The notes under the pieces: model-generated
Told to the model about the DNA's origin: nothing
Seen by the model: the letters and a program-made list of their open reading frames with translations, nothing else
The model's database searches: none
Assembly (NCBI GenBank): GCA_028281445.1
Contig: JANQJW010000014.1
Coordinates: 30,026-94,025, forward strand
Reading direction: 5' to 3'
Length of the DNA: 64,000 nt
Origin: Planctomycetota bacterium
GTDB taxonomy: Bacteria; Planctomycetota; PLA2; JAEUHO01
Made by a program: the position numbers and the translations under genes
Shown here: positions 10,247 through 20,000 of the stretch, in pieces
Position numbering within the stretch: position 1 is the first letter of the stretch
How the letters are laid out: each line of letters begins with the position of its first letter

Positions 10247-10795
10247 GTGAGCGAAGATCCGCACACGTTCGAAGGCACCTGCCTGCCGTTTCTGCCGGAC
10301 TGCTACGCCTTCGCGCTGTCGCTCACGCGCAAGAGCCACGAGGCCGAGGACCTCGTGCAGGACACCTTCCTGAAGGCCCAGCGCGCGTTCGCATCGTTCC
10401 AGCAGGGCACCAACGCCAAGGCCTGGTTGTTCACGATCCTGCGCCGACTGCACATCGACATGTACCGGCGCGGACGCCTGCGCCCCACGGCGTTGCCCGA
10501 CGACGAGCTGACCGAGATGGCGCCGCCCAAGGAGGACGACGGCGAGGCGCCGATCGACCTGCCCTGGGACGACCTGCCGCCCGGGGCCGTCGAGCGTGCG
10601 GTGGATGCGGTCCCGGACCCCTTCCGGCTGCCCGTGCGCCTGCGGGACCTCGACGGGCTGTCCTACCGGGAGATCGGCGAGATCCTGGCCATTCCGTCCG
10701 GAACGGTCATGAGCCGCCTGCACCGGGGCCGGGAATACGTGCGCAGGGCCCTCGTTGAGCAGGTGGAAGGAGCCCGGTCGGACGCCGCCGAATGA
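10247..10795 (+). CDS. ECF (RpoE-like) sigma-70 family sigma factor. The start is uncertain: GTG 10247 or ATG 10181.
   Basis: Region 2 (LVQDTFLKAQRAFASF...AWLFTILRRLHID) and region 4 (LSYREIGEILAIPSGTVMSRLHRGR) are both present. The stop overlaps the anti-sigma start (ATGA). Confidence 0.75.
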   Translation: MSEDPHTFEGTCLPFLPDCYAFALSLTRKSHEAEDLVQDTFLKAQRAFASFQQGTNAKAWLFTILRRLHIDMYRRGRLRPTALPDDELTEMAPPKEDDGEAPIDLPWDDLPPGAVERAVDAVPDPFRLPVRLRDLDGLSYREIGEILAIPSGTVMSRLHRGREYVRRALVEQVEGARSDAAE

Positions 10796-11601
10796 CTCGA
10801 GAACTCCACTGGTCCCAGGACGCCGTCGAGCTGGACCGAACGCTCGAGGGCGAGCTGCCGCTCGACGAGCTCGCGGTGCGCCGCGCCGAGATCGCAGCGG
10901 AAGCCGACGTGCGCGTGCGCTGCGAGCAGCGCGAGGAGTTCCTCTCGACGTTGCGCTTCGCGGGCGAGGCGTGGCGCCACGAGCTGCCGTCGCGAGTGCC
11001 GCAGGGCCTCGAGGCGCGCGTGCGCCAGGCGCTGCTGACCGCGCCGAATCCGCGCTACGGCCTGCGCTGGGCGACCGCCGCGGCGGCCGCGCTCGTGATC
11101 GCCCTCGGTGCGTCGCTGTTCCTGACCCCGAGCGGGGGCGATGCGGTCGCCATGCCGCCCGAGGTCGTGAAGGCTGCGGAAGCCGCACGCAGCAGCGCCG
11201 ACGGCCCGCGCACGTGCAGCGACGAAGGCAGCACGAGCCCGAAGCACTTCCCGCCGGTGCGTGACGGCGCGCTGCGGATCTGGCGTTGCGTCGGAGACCG
11301 GCAGGGCACGGTCGCAAAGCTCTATCGCCCCGAGGACTTGCCGTCGATCGGCTACGCGGCCGTTGCGGAGTACGGCGCAGGACACGGGCCGGACATCGGC
11401 ATGACGGACCTCGGCGACATGATCGTCTTCGACGTAGCGTACGGGAACCAGCGTCACTACCTCGCCGTGAGCAAGGAGTGGTACGAGCAGCAGGAGCGCC
11501 GAACTCCGGATCGCGCGAGTTGCACGGCGTGCCACAACCGCTCGAAGGACGGCAGGCCCAACCCGCACAACATCGTGAAGCGATCGTGGGAGCTGCGGTA
11601 G
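10792..11601 (+). CDS. Putative anti-sigma factor, single-pass, with a Cys-containing periplasmic domain.
   Basis: Translationally coupled to the ECF sigma gene. A cytoplasmic N-terminal domain is followed by the TM helix WATAAAAALVIALGASLFL and a ~170-aa periplasmic domain with four Cys (TCSDEG, RCVGD, CTACH). Confidence 0.55.
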   Translation: MTRELHWSQDAVELDRTLEGELPLDELAVRRAEIAAEADVRVRCEQREEFLSTLRFAGEAWRHELPSRVPQGLEARVRQALLTAPNPRYGLRWATAAAAALVIALGASLFLTPSGGDAVAMPPEVVKAAEAARSSADGPRTCSDEGSTSPKHFPPVRDGALRIWRCVGDRQGTVAKLYRPEDLPSIGYAAVAEYGAGHGPDIGMTDLGDMIVFDVAYGNQRHYLAVSKEWYEQQERRTPDRASCTACHNRSKDGRPNPHNIVKRSWELR

Positions 11602-11737
11602 CGCGGGAGGGTCGTGTCTTCGCTCCTGCGGAGCGGCCCTCCCCTACATGATTCTCCGTGTGCCCATGCAAGGACATGTAGGGACGAGCCTTGTGCTCGT
11701 CCGCGGGTTCCTGCCAAACCCCGAGTAGGATCCCGCG

Positions 11738-12985
11738 GTGACCACGGCGCGAGCGAAGTACGGCGACGACGAGATCGAGCTCGCGTTCCCGGCCGGCGTG
11801 GACGTCTCCGTGTTCGCCCCGAAGACGGCGACGAGGGACCACGAGCCCCTCGGCATCGTTGCGCGCGCCGTCGACGTCCCGATCGACGCGCCGCCTCTGG
11901 CAGACGCGGCAGCGAACGCAAAGAACGTCACCGTGGTCGTGCCGGACGGCACGCGGCCGCATGGCGCACGCACGTACCTCCTGCCCGTGCTCGCGCGGCT
12001 CGCCCGGGCGGGTCTCGGTCCCGAGCGCATCCACGTCGTCATGGCCCGCGGCATCCATCCCGCGACCCCGCGCCGCACGGTCGAGGCAATGCTCGGCCCG
12101 GAGATCATGAACCTGCTGCGGCCGGTGCAGTCGGCACCCAAGACGCCGGACATGAACGTGGAGATCGGAAACGACTCTGCGATCGGGCCGGTGCGCGTGC
12201 ACCGACTCGTCGCCGAGGCCGACCTCGTCGTGCTGACAGGTCCGGTCGTCCCCCACCATCTCGCCGGCTTCGGCGGCGGCCCCAAGGCACTCGTGCCGGG
12301 GGTGGCGGACCGGGAGACGGTGCTCTCGGCGCACAGGCTCACGCTGGACGCCCTCGTGCGGCCGGACGGCTCCATTCGCGGCGCCGAGGGTCGGCTCGAC
12401 GGGAACGCCTTCTACGGGGCCCTGTTGCGCGTGGCGCGCACCTTCGGCAAGGCCTGGCTCCTGAACGTCGTGCCCGGCGAGGGCGAGCAGGTGCTGGGTG
12501 CCGCCGCGGGCGAGGTCGGCGCGGCGCACGCCGAAGCGTGCAGGCTCTGGCAGGAGAGCCACGCCGTGGCCGACCCGACGCCCCACGACCTCGTGATCAC
12601 CGGGACGGCGGGCCCGCGGGGCGACGACCTGATCCAGGCGCACAAGGCCCTGCTGCGGGCGCTTCGCTGGGCAAGGCCCGGCGCCCCCATCGTGTGGCTG
12701 GCGCGTGCGCGCAACGGCCCGGGCCACCCGGCGCTCCTGCAGTGGTTCTCCGCCGGCAAGCCGCCGCGACACCTGGCGGCGCTACGCAGGGACTTCCACC
12801 CGTACGGCCTGACCGCCTACAGCCTGCGGCGTATCAGCAAGGACCACCCGGTGCACATCGTCAGCGACATGTCGCGCGACCTGCTTCGGCCGATGGGCTT
12901 CCTCTCCTTCCAGGACCCGCACGCAGCAGTGCGCTACGCCTTGGAAGAGAACGACGTGGAGACGTGCGCGGTCTTGCCGGGGTAG
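11738..12985 (+). CDS. LarA-like protein (lactate racemase N-terminal domain/DUF2088 family). GTG start.
   Basis: Length and motif layout match nickel-pincer lactate racemase homologues (NVTVVVPDGTRPHG, HVVMARGIHPA, GPVVPHHLAGFGGGPKALVPG). Confidence 0.5.
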   Translation: MTTARAKYGDDEIELAFPAGVDVSVFAPKTATRDHEPLGIVARAVDVPIDAPPLADAAANAKNVTVVVPDGTRPHGARTYLLPVLARLARAGLGPERIHVVMARGIHPATPRRTVEAMLGPEIMNLLRPVQSAPKTPDMNVEIGNDSAIGPVRVHRLVAEADLVVLTGPVVPHHLAGFGGGPKALVPGVADRETVLSAHRLTLDALVRPDGSIRGAEGRLDGNAFYGALLRVARTFGKAWLLNVVPGEGEQVLGAAAGEVGAAHAEACRLWQESHAVADPTPHDLVITGTAGPRGDDLIQAHKALLRALRWARPGAPIVWLARARNGPGHPALLQWFSAGKPPRHLAALRRDFHPYGLTAYSLRRISKDHPVHIVSDMSRDLLRPMGFLSFQDPHAAVRYALEENDVETCAVLPG

Positions 12986-12992
12986 GTGCTCG

Positions 12993-15287
12993 TTACTTGG
13001 GCTGCGAGGCCGTCTTGACGGGGACGTCGTTCAGGACGAGATCCAGCCGCTTCTTGAGCTCCTCGACGCCCTTCTCCTTGCCGAACCACTCGCCGACGTC
13101 CGCCTTTCGGCGGATGCGGCCTTGCTTGTCGATGATCGTGATGTAGGGCTGAGCGACGGGAATCCCCAGCGCATCACGGATGGGCATGCGCTTGCCATTC
13201 GTTACGTCGATCTTGATGCGGGCGACCTTTTCGAACCTGGAACGTAGCTCCGGAACTCCGGAGATGAGCTTTTCATACTCCTTGCAGTAGTGTCACCACA
13301 CGGCCCATACGTCGACGACGGCGGGCTTCCCTTCTGCGTTCGCGGCCTTCACAAGCTCAACGAGATGGTCGCGATCCTCGACCTTGGTCCACTCGAGCAA
13401 GTTGTCCGGAGGCTTGGTCAAGAAACCGACCAGGGGGACGACGGCGAACAACATGGCCGCCACCTGCAGTCCGCGAATCCGGGCGGGACGCGGCAGTTCG
13501 CCCTCCTTCTTCTGGAGGTGCCAGGCAACGCCGACAGCGCCCAGGAGCGCGATGGCGCCGCCCATGACGTAGAGCGTCTGCTGGCTAATGAGGCCACCGG
13601 ATCCGAGGTAGTAGAGCGCGGCGCCGACGAGGATGGCGCCAAACGTGTAGCGAACCCAGACCATCCACGGTCCCGGCCGTAGCGCGAAGTTCAGCGAACC
13701 GGCGGCGAAGAAGACCGCGCCCATGCCGAGCCCCAGGGCGAAGAACTCGAAGAAGCCCTGGACGACGTTGCCGCTCTTGGCTGTCGCGATCAGCAGGCCC
13801 GCGATGGCTGGTCCCGTGCAGGGACTGGCGATGATGGCGCCCAGACATCCGAAGAGGAACGCCCCGATGAACGAGCCAGAACGCTTCTGCGCCCCCCCCT
13901 GCAGGTTCATCAGCCAGGCCGGCGGCTGCAGCTCGTAGATGCCCAGCATCATGAAGCCCAGCACGATGAACAAGATCGCGATGGCCCACTGGACGCCGGC
14001 GCTCTCAAAGGCGGCGCTCATGCTGCCGCCGGCCAACGCGGCGACTACGCCGAGCGTGGCAAAGGTCAGTGCAAGGCCCGCCACATAGGTGAGCAGCAAC
14101 CGCGCCAAGCGGCCTTTGGGGATGTCGGCGTTGCCGCCGCTGATCACGCTGACCGTGATCGGGATGATCGGCAGCACGCAGGGCGTGAACGCCAAGCCCA
14201 TGCCGATCAAGAAGAGCAACAGGAGACTCCCACCGGCCACGTTCTTCTTCTTGCCGACCGCGCCCAGGTCATCGTCATCGACGACCGGGAAGAGCACTTC
14301 GCCCTTGGGTCGCTCCTGCTCAGCGGGCTCCGGGTCCGTGGCCGGCGCGACACCGCCCCCCGCCCACGTCGCCCGGAGGATGATGTCCTGCTCAGGAGTC
14401 AGGCACGTTCCCACGTCGTCGCAGGCGCCGTAGGAGACCTTGACCTCGAGCTGTGTGGCGCTGGTATCGCGCTCGAACTTGATGAGGACGCTATACGGAT
14501 CCGTGATGGTGCCGTCGGCATCGGGAATCTCGGGGAAGCGCGGCTTACCCCACTTCACACCTTCTGCTTTTACGGGCTCGACGCTGATGGGGAAGCCCTT
14601 CTTGCTGCCCGGCGGATAGAAGTGCCAGCCGAAGCCCGGCGTAAAGGTGACGGCAACCAGGCCCTTCTCCTCGTCCACGCGCATCCTGACGCCGCCACCC
14701 TGGCTGTCGGGCACGTTCTTGATCTTGGGCCCGGCGTCGGCCGCCACGTTCGGCGGGACCGGCGCGCCGTTCTTCTTGCCGCCCGCACCGGGCGCGACAC
14801 CGCCTGCGGCGGCTCCGCCAACGACGGCGACAGCCTGGTGATCCTTGACCGGGGGATAGCAGCCGCGGTCGTTGCAGCCGAAGTAGGTGAACGTCATGCC
14901 GACCTTGGTGCCCGGCTTGACGTCCTTGGAGAGTGTCACCTTCGTGTTGACGGTGAAGGTCCCCTCCCACACGTCGAACTCATCATCCATCGGGTCTTTC
15001 CAGACGTGATGCTTGCTGATCTCCGGCTTGCCGTACGTCACGCCGTCGGCCTCGATCGGGCCGTACTTCATGGCCTGATCGCCGGTGGCGTAGATGTGGA
15101 GCTTCGGAAGCAGCGTCGCCTCGATGACGAGCATGCCGCTCTGGCCGGGCTTCAGGTCGGCGGGATCGAGGCGGGCCTCGATGTCGATGCGGCCGGTGAC
15201 GGGATCGCCCGCCCAAGCCGGGCTGGCGGCGACGAGGAACAGGACGGCGACGAGGAGCGCCGGACGGGCGCGCGCGCGGCTTCTCAT
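12993..15287 (-). CDS. dsbD: Thiol:disulfide interchange protein DsbD with an in-frame TGA (13293..13295) at the first position of the thioredoxin CXXC. Candidate selenoprotein (U-H-Y-C), otherwise a pseudogene.
   Basis: Signal peptide, a duplicated DsbD alpha-like periplasmic domain (two GCNDRGCY/GACDDVGTC-type motifs), and a TM core with CVLPIIP...ASPCTGP. The C-terminal thioredoxin domain is AVVDVWAVW-TGA-HYCKEYEK.... The ORF track splits the gene at the TGA, but the 64-aa downstream ORF (12993..13187) is in the same frame and is the rest of the thioredoxin fold (cis-Pro region GIPVAQPYITIID). Confidence 0.7.
13248..13263 (-). promoter_or_regulatory. Candidate SECIS-like hairpin downstream of the in-frame UGA of dsbD.
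   Basis: mRNA CUCCGG-AGUU-CCGGAG: a perfect 6-bp stem with a G/U-containing 4-nt loop, 33-48 nt after the U of UGA, with possible extension by flanking pairs. Confidence 0.35.
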
Positions 15288-15513
15288 GGGGGGACTCCGA
15301 ATGCGCAGCCGGGCGGAAAGCCGGGCAGCCGGATCTGGATTCTATGACAGCCGCGGGCCGGCGGCCTGCACGCCATCAGCGACGGGTGAAGTCAGGGACC
15401 TGTTTCACCCTACAAATCGGGCCCAAACGGTCACGAGATGACCTCTGCCCACGCCGCGAGCGCCCGGGCCCCCTCTGCGCCCTCTGCCCTCCTCCGCGTA
15501 CTCTGCGTTTCCC

Positions 15514-15858
15514 GTGATTGTCGCCCGCCGCTTCGAGTTCCAGGCCGCCCACCACCTGCCCAACCACCCGGGCAAGTGCCACAACCTCCACGGCCACACC
15601 TACCGCCTCGAGGTCTTCTGCGAGGGCCCCGTCGAGGAGACGAGCGGCATGGTCGTCGACTTCGCGGACGTGAAGGCGCTCGTCCGCGAGCGGGTCCTGG
15701 ACAAGGTCGACCACACCTTGCTCAACGACCTGATCGAGAACCCGACGGCCGAGCGCATCGCGGAGTGGATCTGGGCCCAGCTCGAGGACACGGCGCTGCC
15801 CATCGCGGAGATCCGCCTCTACGAGACGCCGACCTGCTTCGTGGTCTACCGCGGGTAG
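15514..15858 (+). CDS. queD: 6-carboxy-5,6,7,8-tetrahydropterin synthase QueD (PTPS family). GTG start.
   Basis: RRFEFQAAHHLP...CHNLHGHTYRLEV...ETPT matches the PTPS/QueD Zn-binding CxxxxxHGH motif and length. Confidence 0.8.
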   Translation: MIVARRFEFQAAHHLPNHPGKCHNLHGHTYRLEVFCEGPVEETSGMVVDFADVKALVRERVLDKVDHTLLNDLIENPTAERIAEWIWAQLEDTALPIAEIRLYETPTCFVVYRG

Positions 15859-15866
15859 CCCTGCCA

Positions 15867-16451
15867 ATGCGACGCGACCGGCGCCTCGAGAGCATCCTCG
15901 ACGCGGGCGCTGCGGTGCTGGCCGAGCGCGGCTTCTACGGATGCAGGATGCGTGACGTCGCCGCACGCAGCGGCGTCAGTCCGGCCAACCTCTACCGCTA
16001 CGTGCGCGGCAAGGAAGAGCTGCTCTACCTCGTGCAACGACGTGTGCTCGAGCGCGCGATCGCGTCGGCCGAAGCCGCGCAGGCCGTGCGCGGTGCCGAG
16101 AAGCAGGTGAAGTCGCTCGTGACCGATCACATCCGGCGGGTGCTCGCGTTCCCCGAGGAGGCCCAGCTCCTGCGCGGAGACGCCACGCCGCTGCCGGATC
16201 ATCTCGTGCGTCGGATCGAGGCACTACGAAACCAGTACGCCGAGCTCGTGCGCGGCATCATCGACGGTCTCGCGCGGCGCAAGGGCGAGCGGCGTGCGGA
16301 GTCCGAGCGTCGCGTACAGCTCCTCATGGGCATGGCTGACCGGGTTGCGATCGACGGAAGCCGCCAGACGCCGTTGCCACGGCCGGACCGGCTCGCAGCG
16401 CCCGTGCTGGATGTCTTCCAGAACGGCGCGCGCAAGCGGCGGACGCGCTAG
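15867..16451 (+). CDS. TetR family transcriptional regulator.
   Basis: N-terminal HTH RMRDVAARSGVSPANLYRYVRGKEELL. Size ~195 aa. Confidence 0.75.
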   Translation: MRRDRRLESILDAGAAVLAERGFYGCRMRDVAARSGVSPANLYRYVRGKEELLYLVQRRVLERAIASAEAAQAVRGAEKQVKSLVTDHIRRVLAFPEEAQLLRGDATPLPDHLVRRIEALRNQYAELVRGIIDGLARRKGERRAESERRVQLLMGMADRVAIDGSRQTPLPRPDRLAAPVLDVFQNGARKRRTR

Positions 16452-16948
16452 CGCTCACTCGTGCGCGCGCGGCGGAAGATCATGAAGCGGTCGCGTGGCT
16501 CCAGCACGTAGCCCATGCTCCGGACGATCTCGATGATGTCCGGCATGTGATGCTTCACCGGGCCGGTAGCCGGCACGTCGTCGAAGCGCACCGCGCGGAA
16601 CGCCTGCTCGTCCTCGTCGCTCGTGAACCGGATCGGCACCTTGTCGCCCAGCGACTTCTCGAGCTCGTCCAGGAGCGCGCCGCCCGTGCGGTGCTTGGAC
16701 GCATCCAGCGTGACCGGCGTCTCCATGATCGTGCCCCAGTCGAGAGGCTCTCCCGCCGGCACGGAGGTAGGCGTGATGACCCGCGACGGGTCCTCCCGGA
16801 AGGTCGGCGGGCGCACGGGGCCGCCGATGTCGGGCTCCGCGAGGTCGCCGTCCCACTCGGGCTCAGCCGGAGGCGGGGTCTTGAAGAAGACGAACCCCAC
16901 GAACGCGATCGCGCCAACGGCCAGCAGAACGAGGATCAGATTGCGCAT
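16448..16948 (-). CDS. Hypothetical membrane-anchored protein (167 aa).
   Basis: N-terminal TM anchor MRNLILVLLAVGAIAFVGFVFF. The remainder is Pro/acidic-rich. It lies upstream of the giant lipoprotein gene on the same strand. Confidence 0.4.
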   Translation of the reverse strand: MRNLILVLLAVGAIAFVGFVFFKTPPPAEPEWDGDLAEPDIGGPVRPPTFREDPSRVITPTSVPAGEPLDWGTIMETPVTLDASKHRTGGALLDELEKSLGDKVPIRFTSDEDEQAFRAVRFDDVPATGPVKHHMPDIIEIVRSMGYVLEPRDRFMIFRRARTSER

Positions 16949-17030
16949 GCCGGGGACCCAGCCTAGGCCAAAAAGAAGCGGGCCGGGGTCTCGCGACCCC
17001 GGCCCGCCGGATTCCATTCGGAACGGACGC

Positions 17031-20000
17031 TTAGCGGCCCGCGTGGAGCACGCTGAAGCGCTCGCCGCCCGGACGCCGGGTAGGCGTCCTCGCGTTCGTC
17101 GCCGGATTGACGGCGTACTCGACGAGCTCCTTGACGTCCTCGTTCGCCCCACCGCTCTTGAACGCGTAGTAGAGCTTCGTGCCGCCGGTGTCGAAGGCCA
17201 TCTTCTCGCCCGCGCGGCCCTGGGCCGCCTCGGCATTGAAGGCGTCGAGGGTGCCCTCGAGCGCACCCGTCGTGGGGTTGAGCCGGATGTTGCGGACGAC
17301 GCCGACGAACTCGCGCTCGTGGCGGACCGTGGTGCCACCGGTGTTGTAGACGTAGGCGAGGCGGTCACCCTTCGGATCAACCGAGATGTAGTTGATCATC
17401 CGAGTGGCCGTGTTGCTCGTCGTGTTGGTCGAGAGGCGGTTGATCGGACCGCCGACGTCCGCCGCGAAGCCCTCGATGGCACCGCCGACGTAGCCGTAGT
17501 CGCCCCAGAACTGCGGGATCTGCGGCCCGCTGAACACCGTGAAGCTGCTCGTACCCGTCTGCTGCGTCGGCCCGCTGCGCTGGTAGTGGCTCGCGAAGTA
17601 CACGTTGCCAGTCTCGCGGTTCAGGTGCTGCAGGCCCGCGATCTGCGCGTGCGCCGCCAAGTAGTAGGCGTCGTCGAGCACGTAGTGCGGCTGGTAGTAG
17701 TAGTTCGGGATGAAACCACGGCGGTTCGGCCAGTTGCCGAGCTTGAAGCCGCGGCCGGCCGCGTGGCCGTTGATCGTCGGGCCGGTCAGGCTCGAGATGT
17801 TGATGCCGAGAAGGGTCAACTGCGTCTGGTCCGAGCTCGAGTTGGGGTGCATGTTCACCACGTAGAAGAAGTTGCCGTTCTTCGAGATGAAGCCGCCCAT
17901 GGGCTTGACGTTGCCGGCAGTCTGCACGTACGTGGAGGTCGGGTTGGGCACGAAGGCCGTCGTGATGAGTCCGCCGCCGCCGGTCGTACCGCCGGCCGTG
18001 GTGGGCATCACGTAGCGCACCTCGTCGTTCAGGAAGTTGTAGCTGTAGAACTGGCCCGAGAAGTGGTACGAGGCCGACGACGAGTTGCCCCTCGTGGGCG
18101 AAGCCGTGCTCGTACCGTTGTGGGCACTCATGCCGCCCCAGAAGAACAGTCCGTCACCGTCCTTCGTGAAGACCAGCGCACCGAAGCGCCAGAGGATCGT
18201 GCCGCCGAACTTGGTGGGCGTGATTAGCACGTCGCCGGTACGCGACGTCCACGGGTCGGCCGCGTTGCCGCCCGTCGCGGAGACCGCGAAGACGTCCTGG
18301 CGGTTGTTGTTCCACTCGCTGTTCGAGCCGAACCAGCTATTGATCGTGCCGCGCGTGTTGTAGCAACCCGCGACGCGCGATCCGTCGTGGCAGATCTCGA
18401 AGCCGGTCGTCGGGCCCGTGAAGCGGCCCCAGTGCTGGTAGTTGCGCGGGCCACGCGTGAGCGAGTAGCCACGGCCGGCGCCCTGCGGCATGTGCCGTCG
18501 CGTGGCCGAAGCCTGGCGGAAGCCGTTGCCGTTCGAGTCGACCCAGACGTAGTGGCTCATGACGTTGGCGCTACCGGCGCTCGGCTGGTTCGGACCGGCG
18601 AGGCATGCCATGTGGCCGCCGTCACCACTGCAGCGGAAGGGCATCGGAGCCAGGGAGCTCTCGAACCCGTTCCAGCCGTCGTACAGGTACATCTCGTCCT
18701 GCGTGGTGAAGTAGAACGTCGTACCGCCAGGCGCGAACGCCGACGCACGCTGGACAAGCGTGTTCCACAGGTGGAACGGGCAGTCCATCGGCACCGTCGT
18801 CGTCTGCGTCCAGTTCGCGTTGGCCGCAGCCACGGGCGCGAGCGAGCCGGCACCCGAGCCGTCGTCGATCCGGAGGCGGTGGACCCAGTGGCCCTCGATG
18901 CTCGCCGTCGCGCCGCTGTTCTGGCCTGTCAGCCAGTAGAGGTAGTCGTTGCTCATCGCCATGCTGGTCGAATAGAGGTAGTTGTCCGAGACGCCGGGCG
19001 TCGGGTCGACGAACTTGTAGGTGTTGCCACCCCACAGGGCCTCGCCACAGAGCGAGATGATCACGATGCGGGAGTTGCTGACCAGCGAGCGGCTGCTGAG
19101 CGAGGTCGACGTCCCGCCCGGGTTGTCGTTGTGGCTGGTCACCTTGAACGCCGCGAAGCGGTTGTCGGGACTCACCGTGACGGGCACGGCCGTCAGGATG
19201 CTACTCGCGCCGAACTTGATGTCCGCGGAGACGCCGTCGGCGAAGTGCTCGACACCGTTCGTGCCCTTGAGGCAGGCCCACGGCACGTAGATCTGCGAGT
19301 TCTTGCGGATGATGAACACGCCGATGCGCTTGCTGTTGGCCGTAGTGTCCTTCGTCTCATAGAAATAGAGTTGGCCGCCATCGTTGCGCACACCGTTGCT
19401 GTAGCCCGGCACCGTCGCCACGGTGGGCGCCGGCGGGATGTCCAGGCTGCTGACGCTGGGCTGCCACGAACCACCGCCGGAGCGGTACTGGTTGTTCCAG
19501 GCCGACCAGCTGCGCTGCATGTCGACGTTCATGCGGGCGCGCGCGCCGTGCGGGTTCATGTTGTGGTTGTCGTACCCGTAGTGGGTCGGGTTCGGCGTGG
19601 GACGCAGGAGGTCCATCTCGTCGGTCGAGAGGAGCTCACCGATGTCGTCCGGCGTGTTGAGAGCCGCGATGCCCGGGATGCTCGTCCCGACGCTCAACTC
19701 GGTCGCGCCGAGCGGGCTGACCGTGCCGCTGCCACCGATGAACTCGAGCTTCTGCAGGATGAGCTGGTCATCGTGCATCTGGTAGTCACCGTTGGAGGTC
19801 GTCGAGGTCGCGGTCGAGCCGACGCTGCTCTCGGTGACGATGACGAGGTCCGGGCCCACGCTGATGCAGAAGGGCCGGCGCACCTCGTTGCGCACCTGGA
19901 GCGGCAGCTGCCAGTCGTTGCACTGGATGTCGAAGTCCGTGGCGGACGAGCGCACGAGGGCGACCTGGTCCGCCGCCGTCTCGGTCCCGAAGAGACCCAC

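Noticed and set aside
10155-10250. Head-to-head overlap of the aminotransferase start (10182, minus) with the ECF sigma ORF start (10181, plus).
   Set aside because: This is probably a start-codon assignment artefact. The sigma factor more likely starts at GTG 10247, and the aminotransferase may start at GTG 10155, which would restore a short divergent promoter region.
13188-13295. Treating 12993..13187 and 13293..15287 as two separate genes (a DsbD truncated before its CXXC plus a 64-aa thioredoxin fragment).
   Set aside because: The two ORFs are in the same frame, separated only by a single TGA at the CXXC position. The small ORF has no start context of its own and encodes the remainder of the thioredoxin fold. 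A single gene with Sec, or a single nonsense mutation, is more parsimonious.
15383-15409. Hairpin GGGTGAA-N12-TTCACCC about 100 nt upstream of queD, considered as a preQ1 riboswitch.
   Set aside because: The downstream tail (UACAAAUCGGGCCC) lacks the A-rich AAAAAACUA pseudoknot segment and the conserved loop nucleotides of preQ1-I/II. It is more likely part of the divergent dsbD/queD promoter region.
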